Assembly: GCA_900769635.1 (NCBI GenBank)
Contig: CAAGHJ010000016.1
Span: forward strand, 7,488 to 71,487
DNA: 64,000 bases
Source: Bacilli bacterium
GTDB taxonomy: Bacteria; Bacillota_I; Bacilli_A; RF39; UBA660
Direction: 5' to 3'
The position numbers were made by a program, and so were the translations under genes. Positions 38,986 through 50,727 of the stretch are shown here, one piece after another (the first letter of the stretch is position 1; every line of letters starts with the position of its first letter). The notes under the pieces were generated by a model. The model ran no database searches and was not told the DNA's origin. It was given only the letters and a program-made list of their open reading frames with translations.

Positions 38986-39698
38986 AAAAAATACTAAGCA
39001 TAATACTAATAATATTACTATTAACCGGATGCAAAACCAAAGAAGATACCCTCGTTATGGTAACTGAGGCCGGTTTTGCCCCTTACGAATACTACGAAAA
39101 CGGTGAAATAGTAGGAGTAGACATAGATATAGCAAACGAAATAGCCAAAAGTCTTGGCAAAAAACTAGAAGTAAAAGATGTCGCTTTCGATTCCATAATA
39201 AACGAATTAAAAAGTGGAAAAGCCGACATAGCCTTAGCCGGTATGAGTATTACTGAAGAAAGACTAAAAGAAGTAGATTTCAGTAATCCCTATGTCGAAT
39301 CTCGCCAAGTAGTAATAGTAAAAGAAGGAAGCAATATAACAGACCTAAACCAAATAAGCAATAAAAAAATAGCCGTTCAACTAGGAAGCATTGCCGACTT
39401 AGACTTAACCGAAAAATATCCCAATGCCAATATCAGTAGACAAAAAAAATACCTCTCAATGGCTGAAGACCTAAAAAGAGATAAAGTAGATTGTATCGTT
39501 ATGGACTACTTACCAGCCAAAGAAATCGTAAATAAAAATAACCAGTTAAAAATATTAGACGGCTACCTATTTAGCGATACCTACGGAATAGCTGTCAAAA
39601 AAGGCAATACCAAGCTAGTAGAAGAAATAAACAAAGTATTAGCCAATTTAGAAAAAGATGGGAAAATTGACCAGTACGTCATCAACCATTCAAACTAG
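38982..39698 (+). CDS. Amino-acid ABC transporter substrate-binding lipoprotein
   Basis: Lipobox LLTGC. Polar amino-acid SBP motifs (FAPYEY...G..VG.DIDIA..IA; ALAGMSITEER). Confidence 0.9.
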   Translation: MKKILSIILIILLLTGCKTKEDTLVMVTEAGFAPYEYYENGEIVGVDIDIANEIAKSLGKKLEVKDVAFDSIINELKSGKADIALAGMSITEERLKEVDFSNPYVESRQVVIVKEGSNITDLNQISNKKIAVQLGSIADLDLTEKYPNANISRQKKYLSMAEDLKRDKVDCIVMDYLPAKEIVNKNNQLKILDGYLFSDTYGIAVKKGNTKLVEEINKVLANLEKDGKIDQYVINHSN

Positions 39699-39709
39699 GA
39701 AGTGAAACA

Positions 39710-40399
39710 ATGATAGAAAAAATATGGAATAACTTTTACAATTCAGTAATCTTCGAGGACCGTTACAAATACATCTTCGAAGGCCTATTCAATACCATAA
39801 CAATGGCCATATTTGCCTGTATAATCGGAGTAGTAATTGGTCTCATCCTTGCCATCATCAACGACTATAACAAAGAAACCGGCAAATTAAAAATAGCCAA
39901 TAAAATTGGAAATCTCTACATAACGGTCATAAGAGGAACCCCCGTACTCTTACAATTAATGATAATATACTACGTAATATTCAAATCCGTTGACACTAAC
40001 ATAATTCTTATTGGAATATTAGCCTTTGGCCTAAACAGCGGTGCCTATGTATCACAAATAATCAAATCCGGCCTAATATCAATCAACGCCGGTCAAAGAG
40101 AGGCCGGTAAAAGTCTCGGCCTTAGCTACGGCCAAATAACCAGATATATAATAATGCCCCAAGCCATTCACAACATTAAACCCGCTCTCGGAAACGAATT
40201 CATAACCCTTCTAAAAGAAACATCGGTAGCCGGTTACATCGGAATAGTCGAACTCACCAAAGCCAGCGACATAATCGCCTCTCGCACCTACGACTACTTC
40301 TTCCCCCTCATCATAACATCCCTAATATACCTAACCCTAACCGTGTGTCTATCAAAACTAATAAATAGAGGAGATGACGAAAATGCTCTTAACAGTTAA
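39710..40399 (+). CDS. Amino-acid ABC transporter permease (HisM/GlnP family)
   Basis: EAA-loop-type motif REAGKSLGLSYGQITRYIIMPQA. Confidence 0.9.
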   Translation: MIEKIWNNFYNSVIFEDRYKYIFEGLFNTITMAIFACIIGVVIGLILAIINDYNKETGKLKIANKIGNLYITVIRGTPVLLQLMIIYYVIFKSVDTNIILIGILAFGLNSGAYVSQIIKSGLISINAGQREAGKSLGLSYGQITRYIIMPQAIHNIKPALGNEFITLLKETSVAGYIGIVELTKASDIIASRTYDYFFPLIITSLIYLTLTVCLSKLINRGDDENALNS

Positions 40400-41102
40400 A
40401 AATTTAACCAAAACCTATAACAAAAAAACCGTATTAAAAAACATAAACTTCAGTGTCGAGGAAAAAGAAATAGTGTCTATCATTGGCCCTTCTGGAAGTG
40501 GTAAGTCAACTCTCCTAAGATGCATAAACAGAATGGTAACCCCAACTAGCGGTGAAATCCTTTTTGACCGAAAACTAATAACCTCCGCCAATATCGGAGA
40601 AATACGCAAAGAAATAGGAATGGTCTTTCAACACTTTAACCTCTTTGAAAACCTTACCGTCCTTGAAAATATAACCCTAGCCCCCGTAAAACTAAAACTA
40701 CTATCTCAAGCTGAAGCAAAAAAAAGAGCCCTTGCAATGCTAAAAGAAATAAATCTCTATGATAAAAAAGACTCATATCCCATAAGCCTAAGCGGTGGAG
40801 AAAAACAAAGAGTAGCCATAATAAGAACTCTCATATTAGAACCAAGACTAATACTCTTAGATGAGCCAACAAGTGCCCTCGACCCCGAAATGACCAAAGA
40901 AGTAATTGAACTAATCAAACACTTAAAAGATAAAGGCATAACCCTAATTATCGTAAGTCACGAAATGGAATTCGTAAAAGAATTCTCAAATAGAATAATA
41001 TTTATAGAAAATGGAAAACTAATACTCGATAGCAGTTATAACAAAATCATAAACGGAGAAAACGATAGAGTAAAAAACTTTATTCAGGATATTGAAAAAT
41101 AA
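40383..41102 (+). CDS. Amino-acid ABC transporter ATP-binding protein
   Basis: Walker A GPSGSGKST, signature LSGGEKQR, Walker B LLDEPTSALD. RBS AGAGGAG is 9 nt before the ATG at 40383, and the track start at 40374 lies too close to it. Confidence 0.9.
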   Translation: MLLTVKNLTKTYNKKTVLKNINFSVEEKEIVSIIGPSGSGKSTLLRCINRMVTPTSGEILFDRKLITSANIGEIRKEIGMVFQHFNLFENLTVLENITLAPVKLKLLSQAEAKKRALAMLKEINLYDKKDSYPISLSGGEKQRVAIIRTLILEPRLILLDEPTSALDPEMTKEVIELIKHLKDKGITLIIVSHEMEFVKEFSNRIIFIENGKLILDSSYNKIINGENDRVKNFIQDIEK

Positions 41103-41142
41103 AAAAAATATGATATAATTAAAATAGGAGGATGATAAAAAA

Positions 41143-42369
41143 ATGATACACGTAACCAGTGAAATCAAACCACTAAAAAAGGTCCTATTACATAGACCAG
41201 GAAAGGAACTATTAAATCTAACACCAGATACACTACAAGAATTACTATTTGACGATATACCATATCTAAAAGATGCACAACTAGAACACGACGAATTCGC
41301 TCAAATACTAAGAGATAACAACATTGAAGTCGTATATTTAGAAGATCTAATGGCTGAAACCCTAAGTTACAATCCAAATGTAAAACCAGCCTTCATAAGA
41401 CAATTCATATATGAAGCTGGAATAAGAACGCCAATGTATAAAGATATGCTCTTCGATTTCCTAATGAGTATCGAAAACAATAAAGAACTAGTTCTAAAAA
41501 CAATGGAAGGAATCAAAGTAAGTGAACTAAATAGAAAGAAAAAAGACATTGAAAATTCCCTTGTTGACCTAGTTAGTGAAGAAGGAAAATTCCTTGCTGA
41601 ACCAATGCCAAACCTATACTTTACCCGTGATCCCTTCGCATCAGTTGGAAATGGCGTTGTCCTAAATAAGATGTATTCCGAAACAAGAAGTAGAGAAACA
41701 ATCTACGCAAGTTACATCTTTAACTATCACCCAGATTATCAAGATAAAGTAACAAGATATTACGACAGAGAAAACCCCTTCCATATAGAAGGAGGAGACG
41801 TACTCAACCTAAACGAACACGTCTTAGCAGTCGGAATTTCTCAAAGAACAAGTGCCGATGCTATCGATTTACTTGCCAAAAATCTCTTTAAAGATCCCGA
41901 TTGCAAAGTCGATACCGTTCTTGCCTTTCTAATACCCGAATGCCGTGCCTTTATGCACCTCGATACCGTATTCACCCAAATAGACTACGATAAATTCACT
42001 TATCACCCAGGCATAATGGATACCCTAAGGGTCTTTGAAATTACCAAAGGCGATAACGAAGACGAAGTCAAGGTAAAACAAAAAAAAGGTTCGCTTGAAA
42101 AAATACTAGAAGAATACCTAAACATAGATATAACCCTAATACCATGTGCCGGTGGTGATAAAATACCATCAGAAAGAGAACAGTGGAATGACGGAACAAA
42201 CACCCTTTGTATAGCTCCAGGTGTAGTCGTAGTCTATAATAGAAACAACGTAACCAATGCCGTTCTAAGAGAACACGGAATAAAAGTATTCGAAATGCAC
42301 AGTGCCGAACTATCACGTGGACGTGGAGGTCCAAGATGTATGAGTATGCCACTAATTAGAGAGGATTAA
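41143..42369 (+). CDS. arcA: Arginine deiminase
   Basis: [12 protein letters not shown]; NLYFTRDP; C-terminal catalytic [10 protein letters not shown]. 408 aa. Confidence 0.95.
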   Translation: MIHVTSEIKPLKKVLLHRPGKELLNLTPDTLQELLFDDIPYLKDAQLEHDEFAQILRDNNIEVVYLEDLMAETLSYNPNVKPAFIRQFIYEAGIRTPMYKDMLFDFLMSIENNKELVLKTMEGIKVSELNRKKKDIENSLVDLVSEEGKFLAEPMPNLYFTRDPFASVGNGVVLNKMYSETRSRETIYASYIFNYHPDYQDKVTRYYDRENPFHIEGGDVLNLNEHVLAVGISQRTSADAIDLLAKNLFKDPDCKVDTVLAFLIPECRAFMHLDTVFTQIDYDKFTYHPGIMDTLRVFEITKGDNEDEVKVKQKKGSLEKILEEYLNIDITLIPCAGGDKIPSEREQWNDGTNTLCIAPGVVVVYNRNNVTNAVLREHGIKVFEMHSAELSRGRGGPRCMSMPLIRED

Positions 42370-42374
42370 AAATT

Positions 42375-43370
42375 ATGAACTTAAAAGGAAGAGATTTTTC
42401 AAAACTATTAGACTATTCAAGCGATGAAATAAGATACCTATTAGACTTATCAAAAAAACTAAAAAAAATGAAACAAGAAGGCCAAAACCACGAGTATCTC
42501 AAAGGCAAAAATATAGTTATCCTATTCGAAAAAGATTCCACTCGTACAAGGTGCTCATTTGAAGTAGCAGCTTATGACTTAGGAATGCATGTAACATATT
42601 TAGGCCCTACAGGATCCCAAATGGGGAAAAAAGAAACAATCAAAGATACTGCCCGTGTACTAACTAGAATATATGACGGTATAGAGTACCGAGGATTTTC
42701 ACAAAAAACCGTTGAAGAACTATGCAAATACGCAACAGTACCAATTTGGAACGGCCTAACCGATATGTTTCACCCAACCCAAATGCTCGCTGATGTAATG
42801 ACCATCGAAGAACATTTCGGTTACCTCAAAGGAATAAACTTTTGCTTTTTCGGAGACGGAAGAAACAATGTAGGCAATTCCCTTATGGTAATATGCAGTA
42901 AATTAGGTATAAATTTCAACTGCTGTGCCCCAAAACACTTGTGGCCAGAGGAAAAATTAACCGAAACCTGTAAAAAAATAGCTCGTGAAAACAATTGTAC
43001 CATAAACTTTACTGACAATCCCGAAGAAATAAAAAATATGGATGTCATATATACCGATGTATGGCTCAGTATGGGTGAAGACGCATCCAAATGGAAAGAA
43101 AGAATAGATTTACTATTACCATATCAAGTAAACAAAAAAGTAATGAACTCTTGTAATAGTAACGCTATATTCTTACACTGTTTACCATCTTTCCATAATA
43201 CCGATACAATTATCGGTAAGCAAATATATGATACTTACGGTATTAAAGAAATGGAAGTAACCGACGAAGTATTTGAAAGTTCAGCATCCAAAGTATTCGA
43301 AGAAGCTGAAAATAGAATGCATACCATAAAGGCAGTTATGTATGCAACAATGATGAGTGAAAATGAGTAG
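42375..43370 (+). CDS. arcB: Ornithine carbamoyltransferase (catabolic context)
   Basis: [23 protein letters not shown] motifs. Lies between arcA and arcC. Confidence 0.95.
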   Translation: MNLKGRDFSKLLDYSSDEIRYLLDLSKKLKKMKQEGQNHEYLKGKNIVILFEKDSTRTRCSFEVAAYDLGMHVTYLGPTGSQMGKKETIKDTARVLTRIYDGIEYRGFSQKTVEELCKYATVPIWNGLTDMFHPTQMLADVMTIEEHFGYLKGINFCFFGDGRNNVGNSLMVICSKLGINFNCCAPKHLWPEEKLTETCKKIARENNCTINFTDNPEEIKNMDVIYTDVWLSMGEDASKWKERIDLLLPYQVNKKVMNSCNSNAIFLHCLPSFHNTDTIIGKQIYDTYGIKEMEVTDEVFESSASKVFEEAENRMHTIKAVMYATMMSENE

Positions 43371-45768
43371 AGTAGTAGTAGCTCTCGGCGGAAACGCCCT
43401 CGGGACAACACCTGAAGAGCAACTAAAATTAGTAAAAAAAACTGCCAAACAAATCGTAAAAATCGTTGCAAACGGCCACGAAGTAGTTGTCGTTCACGGT
43501 AACGGTCCTCAAGTCGGAGCCATAAAACTAGCAACCGACTACGCAAATAGTGAGGGAATAGGAACACCATCTATGCCCTTTGCTGAATGTGGGGCAATGA
43601 GCCAAGGATATATCGGTTACCACTTGCAACAATCCATATCTCGTGAATTAGAACGAAGTGGAATAAAGAAAAATTGTGTGACAATCATTACTCAGGTAGA
43701 AGTAAGCAAATACGACGATGCATTTCACAATCCAACCAAACCTGTAGGAATGTTTTATACCCAAAAAGAAGCACAAAAAATAGCAGATGAAAAGGGATAT
43801 AAGTTTGTCGAAGACGCTGGACGAGGATACAGGAGAGTTGTACCATCTCCAAAACCCGTCCGCATCATTGAAGAAGATGTAATAAATGACCTCATCGATG
43901 AAAACAACGTAGTCATAACCGCTGGCGGAGGCGGAATCCCCGTCATAAAAGAAAACGGAAGTTATAAAGGAGTAGACGCTGTTATCGATAAAGACTTCGC
44001 TGCTAGCTTGCTAGCCCGTCAAATCAAAGCTGATATCCTTCTCATCCTAACATCCATAGATAAAGTTTATATAAATTATGGCAAAGAAAACACTAAGGGA
44101 GTTAAATCAATGAGTTTAGCAAAAGCCACAGAATATATAAACCAAGGCTATTTTGCTAAAGGAAGTATGCTTCCCAAAGTAGAAGCCAGCTGTGAGTTCG
44201 TTCAAGAAAGCCCTAAGAAAAAAGCCATTATTACATCACTAAACAATGGATTAAATGCCCTAAGTGGCAAAACAGGTACAATCATAACACAAAAGGGGGA
44301 TGGAAAGAAAAGGAGGATTGAAATGGCTAAGGCAAAAAATAAGAAATTTGTCTTATCATCATTCTCAATAATATTACTAATAATAATATTCTTGGGATTG
44401 ATAACCCACTTCCTACCAACAGCTTCCTTCGTAGGTGAGGAAATAGTTAACGGTAGTGGAGTAGTTGCAGCATCCCTATCTGATATCTTACTTGCACCAA
44501 TACTAGGATTCAAAGATGCCATAGATGTCTGCATATTCATATTCATTTTAGGAGGTTTCCTTGCCATAGTAAACGGAACAGGAGCTCTTGAAACAGGAAT
44601 AAAAGTACTTATTAAAAAGATGAAAGGAAAAGAAATTTGGCTAATCCCAATTCTAATGTTTATCTTTTCAGTAGGTGGTACAACTTATGGAATGCTCGAA
44701 GAAACAGTTGGATTTTATGCATTACTATCAGCAACAATGGTAGTAGCAGGAATGGATACCATAATCGCATCCGCCATCGTATTATTCGGTGCCGGCGTCG
44801 GTGTACTCGGTTCCACCATAAATCCCTTTGCCGTTGGTGTTGCAATTGACGCCCTACCCAAAGGCATAGAAGTAAATCAAGGAATAATAATAGGCCTCGG
44901 AGTAGCACTTTGGTTAGTGTCTTACGCTATCGCGACTGCTTTCGTTATGGCCTATGCAAAGAAAGTAAAAGCCGATAAAGGATCAACTTTCCTATCATTA
45001 CGTGAACAAAAAGATATGGAAAAAACATACCTAAAACCAGCTGAGAAAGAGAAAGAAACCAAATTAACCGGTAAACAAAAATTCACACTTGTCTTATTTG
45101 GAATAACATTCCTAATAATGATAATAGGCTTTATCCCTTGGGATAGCTTTGGAATAAATACATTCCTAGAAACAACCGGAAAATTAACAGGTAACCCACT
45201 CGGATGGTGGTATTTCCAAGAAGCATCACTTTGGTTCTTCATAATGGCAATAATAATAGGTATTGTAAATAGAGATAGTGAACCAAAATTCGTAAGTACC
45301 TTTGTAAATGGAGCAGCCGATATGATGGGAGTAATCCTAATAGTAGCCGTTGCTCGTGGTGCATCAGTATTAATGACAACTACTCACTTAGATAACTATA
45401 TAATATATAATGCTGCCGAAGCACTAAGACATTTACCACCAGTACTATTTGCTCCATTAGATTACTTACTACACATAGTACTATCAATACTGGTACCATC
45501 ATCATCAGGATTAGCAACCCTCTCAACCCCAATTATGGGCCCACTTGCTCACGAACTAGGTTTCAGTGTCGAAACAACAATAATGATATTCGTTGCAGCC
45601 AACGGACTAGTAAACCTAATTACACCAACTTGTGGTGCTATAATGGGAGGACTTGCTCTTGCCAAAGTAGAATACTCAACTTGGTTTAAATGGGCTATCA
45701 AAGTAGTAGCAGTCTTAGCAATAGCCGCTATGATAATACTAACAGTATCTATGATTGCCCTTTCATAA
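43363..45768 (+). CDS. arcC: Carbamate kinase fused in frame to a YfcC/ArcD-family (TC 2.A.118-like) membrane transporter
   Basis: Roughly the first 315 residues, numbered from the GTG at 43357, are a complete carbamate kinase (VVALGGNAL; VHGNGPQVG; GGGGIPV). From M323 in the same numbering (nt 44323), a polytopic domain of about 480 aa resembles E. coli YfcC. There is no stop codon between the two. The start could be GTG 43357 or ATG 43363. Confidence 0.85.
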   Translation: MSRVVVALGGNALGTTPEEQLKLVKKTAKQIVKIVANGHEVVVVHGNGPQVGAIKLATDYANSEGIGTPSMPFAECGAMSQGYIGYHLQQSISRELERSGIKKNCVTIITQVEVSKYDDAFHNPTKPVGMFYTQKEAQKIADEKGYKFVEDAGRGYRRVVPSPKPVRIIEEDVINDLIDENNVVITAGGGGIPVIKENGSYKGVDAVIDKDFAASLLARQIKADILLILTSIDKVYINYGKENTKGVKSMSLAKATEYINQGYFAKGSMLPKVEASCEFVQESPKKKAIITSLNNGLNALSGKTGTIITQKGDGKKRRIEMAKAKNKKFVLSSFSIILLIIIFLGLITHFLPTASFVGEEIVNGSGVVAASLSDILLAPILGFKDAIDVCIFIFILGGFLAIVNGTGALETGIKVLIKKMKGKEIWLIPILMFIFSVGGTTYGMLEETVGFYALLSATMVVAGMDTIIASAIVLFGAGVGVLGSTINPFAVGVAIDALPKGIEVNQGIIIGLGVALWLVSYAIATAFVMAYAKKVKADKGSTFLSLREQKDMEKTYLKPAEKEKETKLTGKQKFTLVLFGITFLIMIIGFIPWDSFGINTFLETTGKLTGNPLGWWYFQEASLWFFIMAIIIGIVNRDSEPKFVSTFVNGAADMMGVILIVAVARGASVLMTTTHLDNYIIYNAAEALRHLPPVLFAPLDYLLHIVLSILVPSSSGLATLSTPIMGPLAHELGFSVETTIMIFVAANGLVNLITPTCGAIMGGLALAKVEYSTWFKWAIKVVAVLAIAAMIILTVSMIALS
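44309..44325 (+). promoter_or_regulatory. Internal Shine-Dalgarno plus ATG at the kinase/transporter junction
   Basis: AAAGGAGG, 6 nt spacer, ATG (MAKAKNKKF...), in frame inside the 803-aa ORF. Confidence 0.6.
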
Positions 45769-45778
45769 TAATAAAAAT

Positions 45779-45809
45779 AAAGTTTTCAGACCGAAAACTT
45801 TATTTTTTT
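45779..45809 (+). terminator. Rho-independent terminator of the arc operon
   Basis: AAAGTTTTC-agacc-GAAAACTTT followed by ATTTTTTT. Confidence 0.75.
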
Positions 45810-45885
45810 ACCATTTTTCTCAAAATACCTATCCAAAACCAAGTACTTATGATATAATTATGAGGATAAGAAAGGTAGTGATAAA

Positions 45886-46596
45886 ATGGCAACACCACAT
45901 AATGAAGCCCAAAAAGAAGAAATAGCAAAAAACGTAATCCTAACCGGAGACCCAAATAGAGCCACATTTATAGCCCAAAACTATTTAGAAAACTATAAAT
46001 GCGTAAATAAAGTAAGAGGGATATACGCCTATACAGGATATTATAAAGGAACCAAAGTAACCATAATGGCCCACGGAATGGGAATACCAAGTATGGCTAT
46101 ATACAGCTATGAACTATATAAATTCTATAACGTAGAAAATATAATAAGAATAGGAACAGCCGGATCTTACACCAAAGACCTAAATGTACTAGATTTACTA
46201 TTAGTAACATCATCCTATTCAGAGTCAACTTATGCCGAAGTCTTTGACGGAAGTACCACTCACGAAATAAACGCAAACAAAGAACTAAATAATCATATAA
46301 AAAATGAAGTCTTAGCCGAAGGACTAACCCTAGTCGAAGGAAAAGTACATAGTAGTGATGCCTTCTATACCACGAGCGAAATATACACAAAAATGAACGA
46401 AGAAAAACACCTATTAGCCGTGGAAATGGAAAGCTATGCCCTTTTCAAAAATGCTGAACACTTTGGCAAAAAAGCCAGTTGTATTCTAACCATATCCGAT
46501 AGCTTTATAACAAAAAAAGAATTAACTAGCAAGGAGAGAACTGAAGCCCTTGACCAAATGATAAAATTAGCCCTAAATACCATAATAAACTGTTAA
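45886..46596 (+). CDS. deoD: Purine nucleoside phosphorylase, DeoD type
   Basis: MATPHNEA...ILTGDPNRA...MAHGMGIPS..IY..EL...IIRIGTAGS...VEMESYALF. Confidence 0.9.
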   Translation: MATPHNEAQKEEIAKNVILTGDPNRATFIAQNYLENYKCVNKVRGIYAYTGYYKGTKVTIMAHGMGIPSMAIYSYELYKFYNVENIIRIGTAGSYTKDLNVLDLLLVTSSYSESTYAEVFDGSTTHEINANKELNNHIKNEVLAEGLTLVEGKVHSSDAFYTTSEIYTKMNEEKHLLAVEMESYALFKNAEHFGKKASCILTISDSFITKKELTSKERTEALDQMIKLALNTIINC

Positions 46597-46703
46597 TAGC
46601 ACGTTGCAATTTAAAAAAAACTGCAATAAAAACTATGCAAATTTTCAAAAAATAAGTTTAAAAAAAACAAAATAATATATACTATTCATAAGGAGGAAGT
46701 AAA

Positions 46704-47975
46704 ATGGATTATCAAAAAATAGATATGGGAGCGTACAATTTACATATCATAAATACAACCAAATTCAAAACCATAACGGTCGATATATGTTTCCGTAGAC
46801 CCATAAAAAAAGAAGACATCAGTAATAGAATAATTCTTAAAGATGTACTACTAAATTCAAACCAAAACTATAAAACCGAAACCGAACTAATTAAAGAAAG
46901 CGAGAACCTTTATGACCTAAAACTAATGTCTTCATCAAGTAGAATAGGCACATACACAAACCTATCATTCAAAACAAGATTTCTAAATGAAAAATACACC
47001 GAAGAAGGAATGAATGAGGAATCAATAAAATTCTTATTAGACATAATATTTAAACCAAATATTACCGATAAAAAATTCAGCGAAGAAGTGTTATCACAAG
47101 TCAAAGAAAGAAATCAAAAAAATATCAAAACCCTTAAAGACGATAAAATAAGATACGCAATATTTAGCCTCTTAGAAAAATTTTCCGATAAACCATACTC
47201 ATACAATCCTTATGGAGATAAAGACATCATTCAAAACATAACCCCAGCTTCACTTTACGAATACTACAAAAGTGTCATAAATGATGATATCGTTGATGTA
47301 TTCATAGTAGGGGATGTTGACGTCAAAAACACCAAAGAACTATTTAAAGAATACTTCAAAGTATGGTCTTATCACAAAAAGAAAGACGATATTATAACCC
47401 CGCCCCTCAGCGAGCGAAGCCGAATAAAAAACTACGAAGAATTAACAAAAGCCAATCAGTCCCAAATCGTACTCTTATATAGCATCAAAAATTTAAGTGA
47501 GTACGAAAGAAAATACGTGCTACTCGTTTATAATGAGTTGTTGGGAGGCTCTTCGAGTTCTGTCCTCTTTGATAACATTCGCGAGAAAAATTCCTATGCA
47601 TATTATGTAAGTTCCCTCGCAAAGGCCTATGACAATTTATTAATAATATATTCTGGAGTAGAACCAAGTAACGAAGAAACAGTCATAAAACAAATTCGTA
47701 AAAACGTTGATGCCATTAGCAAAGGAAAATTCGCTGAAAACTATTTCGAAAACGCCAAAGAAACAATCATATCAGGAATAATTGCCAGTACCGATAACCC
47801 TTATGGAATAATAAATACCTACTTTGCCAAATCCCTTGTCGGAAGTGCAAGTGCTGAGGAAAGAATCGAAAACATAAAGAAAGTATCCATAAACGATATA
47901 ATAACCCTATCAAAGAAAATCAAAGTGCATTCAAGCTATGCTCTAAAAGGAGGCCCAAATGGAGATAAAGATTAA
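46704..47975 (+). CDS. M16-family peptidase homologue lacking the HxxEH zinc motif (probable non-catalytic partner)
   Basis: The length and the C-terminal M16 fold pattern are consistent with the family, but no HxxEH is present. It overlaps the downstream M16 gene by 17 nt. Confidence 0.75.
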   Translation: MDYQKIDMGAYNLHIINTTKFKTITVDICFRRPIKKEDISNRIILKDVLLNSNQNYKTETELIKESENLYDLKLMSSSSRIGTYTNLSFKTRFLNEKYTEEGMNEESIKFLLDIIFKPNITDKKFSEEVLSQVKERNQKNIKTLKDDKIRYAIFSLLEKFSDKPYSYNPYGDKDIIQNITPASLYEYYKSVINDDIVDVFIVGDVDVKNTKELFKEYFKVWSYHKKKDDIITPPLSERSRIKNYEELTKANQSQIVLLYSIKNLSEYERKYVLLVYNELLGGSSSSVLFDNIREKNSYAYYVSSLAKAYDNLLIIYSGVEPSNEETVIKQIRKNVDAISKGKFAENYFENAKETIISGIIASTDNPYGIINTYFAKSLVGSASAEERIENIKKVSINDIITLSKKIKVHSSYALKGGPNGDKD

Positions 47976-49248
47976 AGGATTAGATGAAACCATTACTTAC
48001 GAAAAACTAGATAACGGTCTCGAAGTATACCTATACAACAAAAAAACATTTCATAACAACTACGTAACATTTACAACTAAATTCGGATCTATAAACACCG
48101 AATTCTTTGATAAAACAACCAATAAAAAAATAAAAGTACCAAGCGGAATAGCCCATTTCTTAGAACACAAAGTTTTTGCTCAAGAAACCGGTCCCGAACC
48201 AAGCGACTACTTCTCTTCCAACGGAGCCATCAGCAACGCCTATACAACTTTTAAAAATACCACATATCTATTTCAAGGCACAGAAAAACTAAAAGAAAAC
48301 CTATTATTTCTCTTAGATTTTGTCCAATCACCATATTTCACTAAGGAAAATGTAGAAAAAGAAAAAGGCATAATAACCCAAGAAATACATATGTGTGATG
48401 ATAGACCCGTAAATGTCCTCTTTGAAGCAATAAGAAGAAATACCCTCCATAAAAATAATTTCAAAAATAGCATTATAGGTACAATAGAAGACATAAATAA
48501 AATAACCCCAGAATTATTAACCAAATGCTATACCACATTCTATCATCCCTCTAATATGTTTGTCGTAATTTCCGGTTCTTTTGATGAAAAAGAAATCCTC
48601 GAAGCCCTTGCCCAAAATCAAAGAAACAAAACCTTTCCTGATATAAAAAAATATCCTGAAGAACAAATCAAAGAACCAGACACAATAGTGAAACCCCAGG
48701 AAATAATCAAAATTCCAACGGATGTCGCCAAAATAGCATACACTATCAAAATAAATCCCCAATCTCTCAATATCGACAAAAGAAAACTAAATATCTATCT
48801 CTATATCCTCTTCAATCTCCTCTTTTCAGATGTATCCAAGTTCGACTATGATATGAAAAAAGCCAAAATAATAACCTCTACACTAAGTTACAATCTCCTC
48901 GATACCGATACCCATTTACTAATTTCTCTCATTAACGAAACCGATAAATACGAAGAATTAATAAAAGAAATAGATAAAAACCTAAAAAATATAAATATAA
49001 ATGAAAAAGATTTTGAACGCAAGAAGAAAGTACTCATAAGTAACGAAATATTTAGTTACGAAAATATAACTCTTGTAAACGAAATGATTGTCGATAACAT
49101 AATTTTTGATGGAAAAATCGAAGCCAATATTTTAGATATAATAAAATCATTAACTATTCAGGAATTAAATAAAATAATAACAAAAATGGACCTAACTAAC
49201 AAAAATATAGTAATAATCAAAAACAGTGAAAAAAACGAACAATTGTAA
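47959..49248 (+). CDS. M16-family zinc peptidase (insulinase-like)
   Basis: Inverted zinc motif GIAHFLEHKVF (HxxEH). 429 aa. RBS AAAGGAGG. Confidence 0.85.
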   Translation: MEIKIKGLDETITYEKLDNGLEVYLYNKKTFHNNYVTFTTKFGSINTEFFDKTTNKKIKVPSGIAHFLEHKVFAQETGPEPSDYFSSNGAISNAYTTFKNTTYLFQGTEKLKENLLFLLDFVQSPYFTKENVEKEKGIITQEIHMCDDRPVNVLFEAIRRNTLHKNNFKNSIIGTIEDINKITPELLTKCYTTFYHPSNMFVVISGSFDEKEILEALAQNQRNKTFPDIKKYPEEQIKEPDTIVKPQEIIKIPTDVAKIAYTIKINPQSLNIDKRKLNIYLYILFNLLFSDVSKFDYDMKKAKIITSTLSYNLLDTDTHLLISLINETDKYEELIKEIDKNLKNININEKDFERKKKVLISNEIFSYENITLVNEMIVDNIIFDGKIEANILDIIKSLTIQELNKIITKMDLTNKNIVIIKNSEKNEQL

Positions 49249-49388
49249 ATTTTTAAACTAAAAAAAATCAAATTTTTTAGTTTTTTTATTCTCCGAGGGG
49301 GGAATTTTTCTTTTTTTTGGGAATAATAATAATAGAGGAGGTGATTTTGACAAAAAGAAAAAAAGGGCCAAAGAAAGGAAGAAAAAAA

Positions 49389-50660
49389 ATGAAAAAAAAA
49401 TTACTAAAAATAATACCCCTATTATTACTAATGATGCCACTAAAAATTTATGCTGAAGAGTATACCGATTGGACAGACCAATATGACAATACCTATAAAG
49501 AATCAGAAACACAAATACGCTATAAATGGTTTCTTGTCCAAAAAGAAGGCGGATACTATCCCCTAAACAAGGCCCCTGCCCAATACTATTTAACCGAGGG
49601 AGATAAAGTAGGACAAGGCCCTTATAGTTCTTGGCAATACAATTGCCGAATGCTAAGTAAAAACACTTACGACATAGAATATAAAGAATTTTATGGCTAC
49701 AAAAAAATCGAACCAGCTAGATATATAATACTCTATCACCAAAAAGAAAACTTCACATTCACAAACATCAAAGTATATATCAAAGGCCAAGAAATAAACT
49801 ACAACATAATAAAATGTCCAAGCTGTAGTGAAGGAAAGTACAACCTAAATACAAACGATAGCATTGTTATAGATATGCTCGCTTTCTACGAATTAGAAGA
49901 CATAACACTTCTATTAGAAACAAATAGACCAAATGAACCACTTACTTACGGTATCTCAATATCAATGGACAGTAATAGAGAAAAACAATGTGCCAATTAC
50001 ACCGGTGAAACTCACATCAAAAACTATAAAATAGATGAAAAATGGCTCGCTCGAAGAAGAACTACAGACATATTACCATCTGAAACTCCCATAACCCAAA
50101 CCATTTTTGTCGACAACTACGGTCTACATAACTTTTGCCGGTATAGAGAATATTACAAATACTACTATTATATTAAGCACATATTCTATGACGATAATTA
50201 CTACGCATCCTCTCCCAAAGAAGGTTACTCACCAGACGTATCAGATATAAAAACATATTATAGATACAAATTATCCAGTAAAAAAACTCCCGAAGAACTA
50301 GATCAAGAAAACAAAAAAGATGACAATAAGACTGGCGAAAAAAATAATGATAAAAAAGAGAATAAAGAAGATACCTCCCAAGAAAATAATAACAATAATA
50401 ATATTCCTCCAACCCCTAATAAAGATAATGACCACTATCAAAGCAACCCACCCACGATAGCACCTTCAACAGAAATAACTAGTTCCCTTATCCCCATAAA
50501 TAATGTCCCATCATCCCCAATTCTAACTGAACAAATAAACACCAAAAACACAAGTTCCAATAATAAACCAACTATCCTTTTCCCATTATTTCTAGTCACA
50601 CTAATAGTCTTAAATATTATTCTCTCTAAAACACAAAAAAATGTCGAACGAATTAATTAG
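49389..50660 (+). CDS. Secreted/anchored hypothetical protein with Tyr-rich core, Asn/Pro-rich stalk and C-terminal TM
   Basis: Signal peptide MKKKLLKIIPLLLLMMPLKIYA. N/P/T-rich region. C-terminal helix ILFPLFLVTLIVLNIIL. An alternative TTG start at 49347 behind GAGGAGG would add a K/R-rich N-terminal region. Confidence 0.65.
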   Translation: MKKKLLKIIPLLLLMMPLKIYAEEYTDWTDQYDNTYKESETQIRYKWFLVQKEGGYYPLNKAPAQYYLTEGDKVGQGPYSSWQYNCRMLSKNTYDIEYKEFYGYKKIEPARYIILYHQKENFTFTNIKVYIKGQEINYNIIKCPSCSEGKYNLNTNDSIVIDMLAFYELEDITLLLETNRPNEPLTYGISISMDSNREKQCANYTGETHIKNYKIDEKWLARRRTTDILPSETPITQTIFVDNYGLHNFCRYREYYKYYYYIKHIFYDDNYYASSPKEGYSPDVSDIKTYYRYKLSSKKTPEELDQENKKDDNKTGEKNNDKKENKEDTSQENNNNNNIPPTPNKDNDHYQSNPPTIAPSTEITSSLIPINNVPSSPILTEQINTKNTSSNNKPTILFPLFLVTLIVLNIILSKTQKNVERIN

Positions 50661-50674
50661 CACCTTTTGTCGAA
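50642..50674 (+). promoter_or_regulatory. Two direct Spo0A-box matches (TGTCGAA) upstream of the spoIIAA-like gene
   Basis: Perfect 7/7 TGTCGAA at 50642-50648 and 50668-50674, 26 bp apart and 54-86 nt upstream of the start codon. Confidence 0.55.
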
Positions 50675-50727
50675 CCTGTATCCAAAACAAAAAAAATATG
50701 CTAAATTAATAACGAAAGGTGATAAAT

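Noticed and set aside
43235-43570. 111-aa minus-strand ORF across the arcB/arcC junction
   Set aside because: It is antisense to two strongly recognisable enzymes, and its Arg/Leu-rich composition is spurious.
49317-49388. N-terminal extension of the 447-aa ORF starting at TTG 49317
   Set aside because: It lies within the upstream terminator T-run. The ATG at 49389 gives a classical signal peptide. A TTG at 49347 behind GAGGAGG remains a possible alternative.
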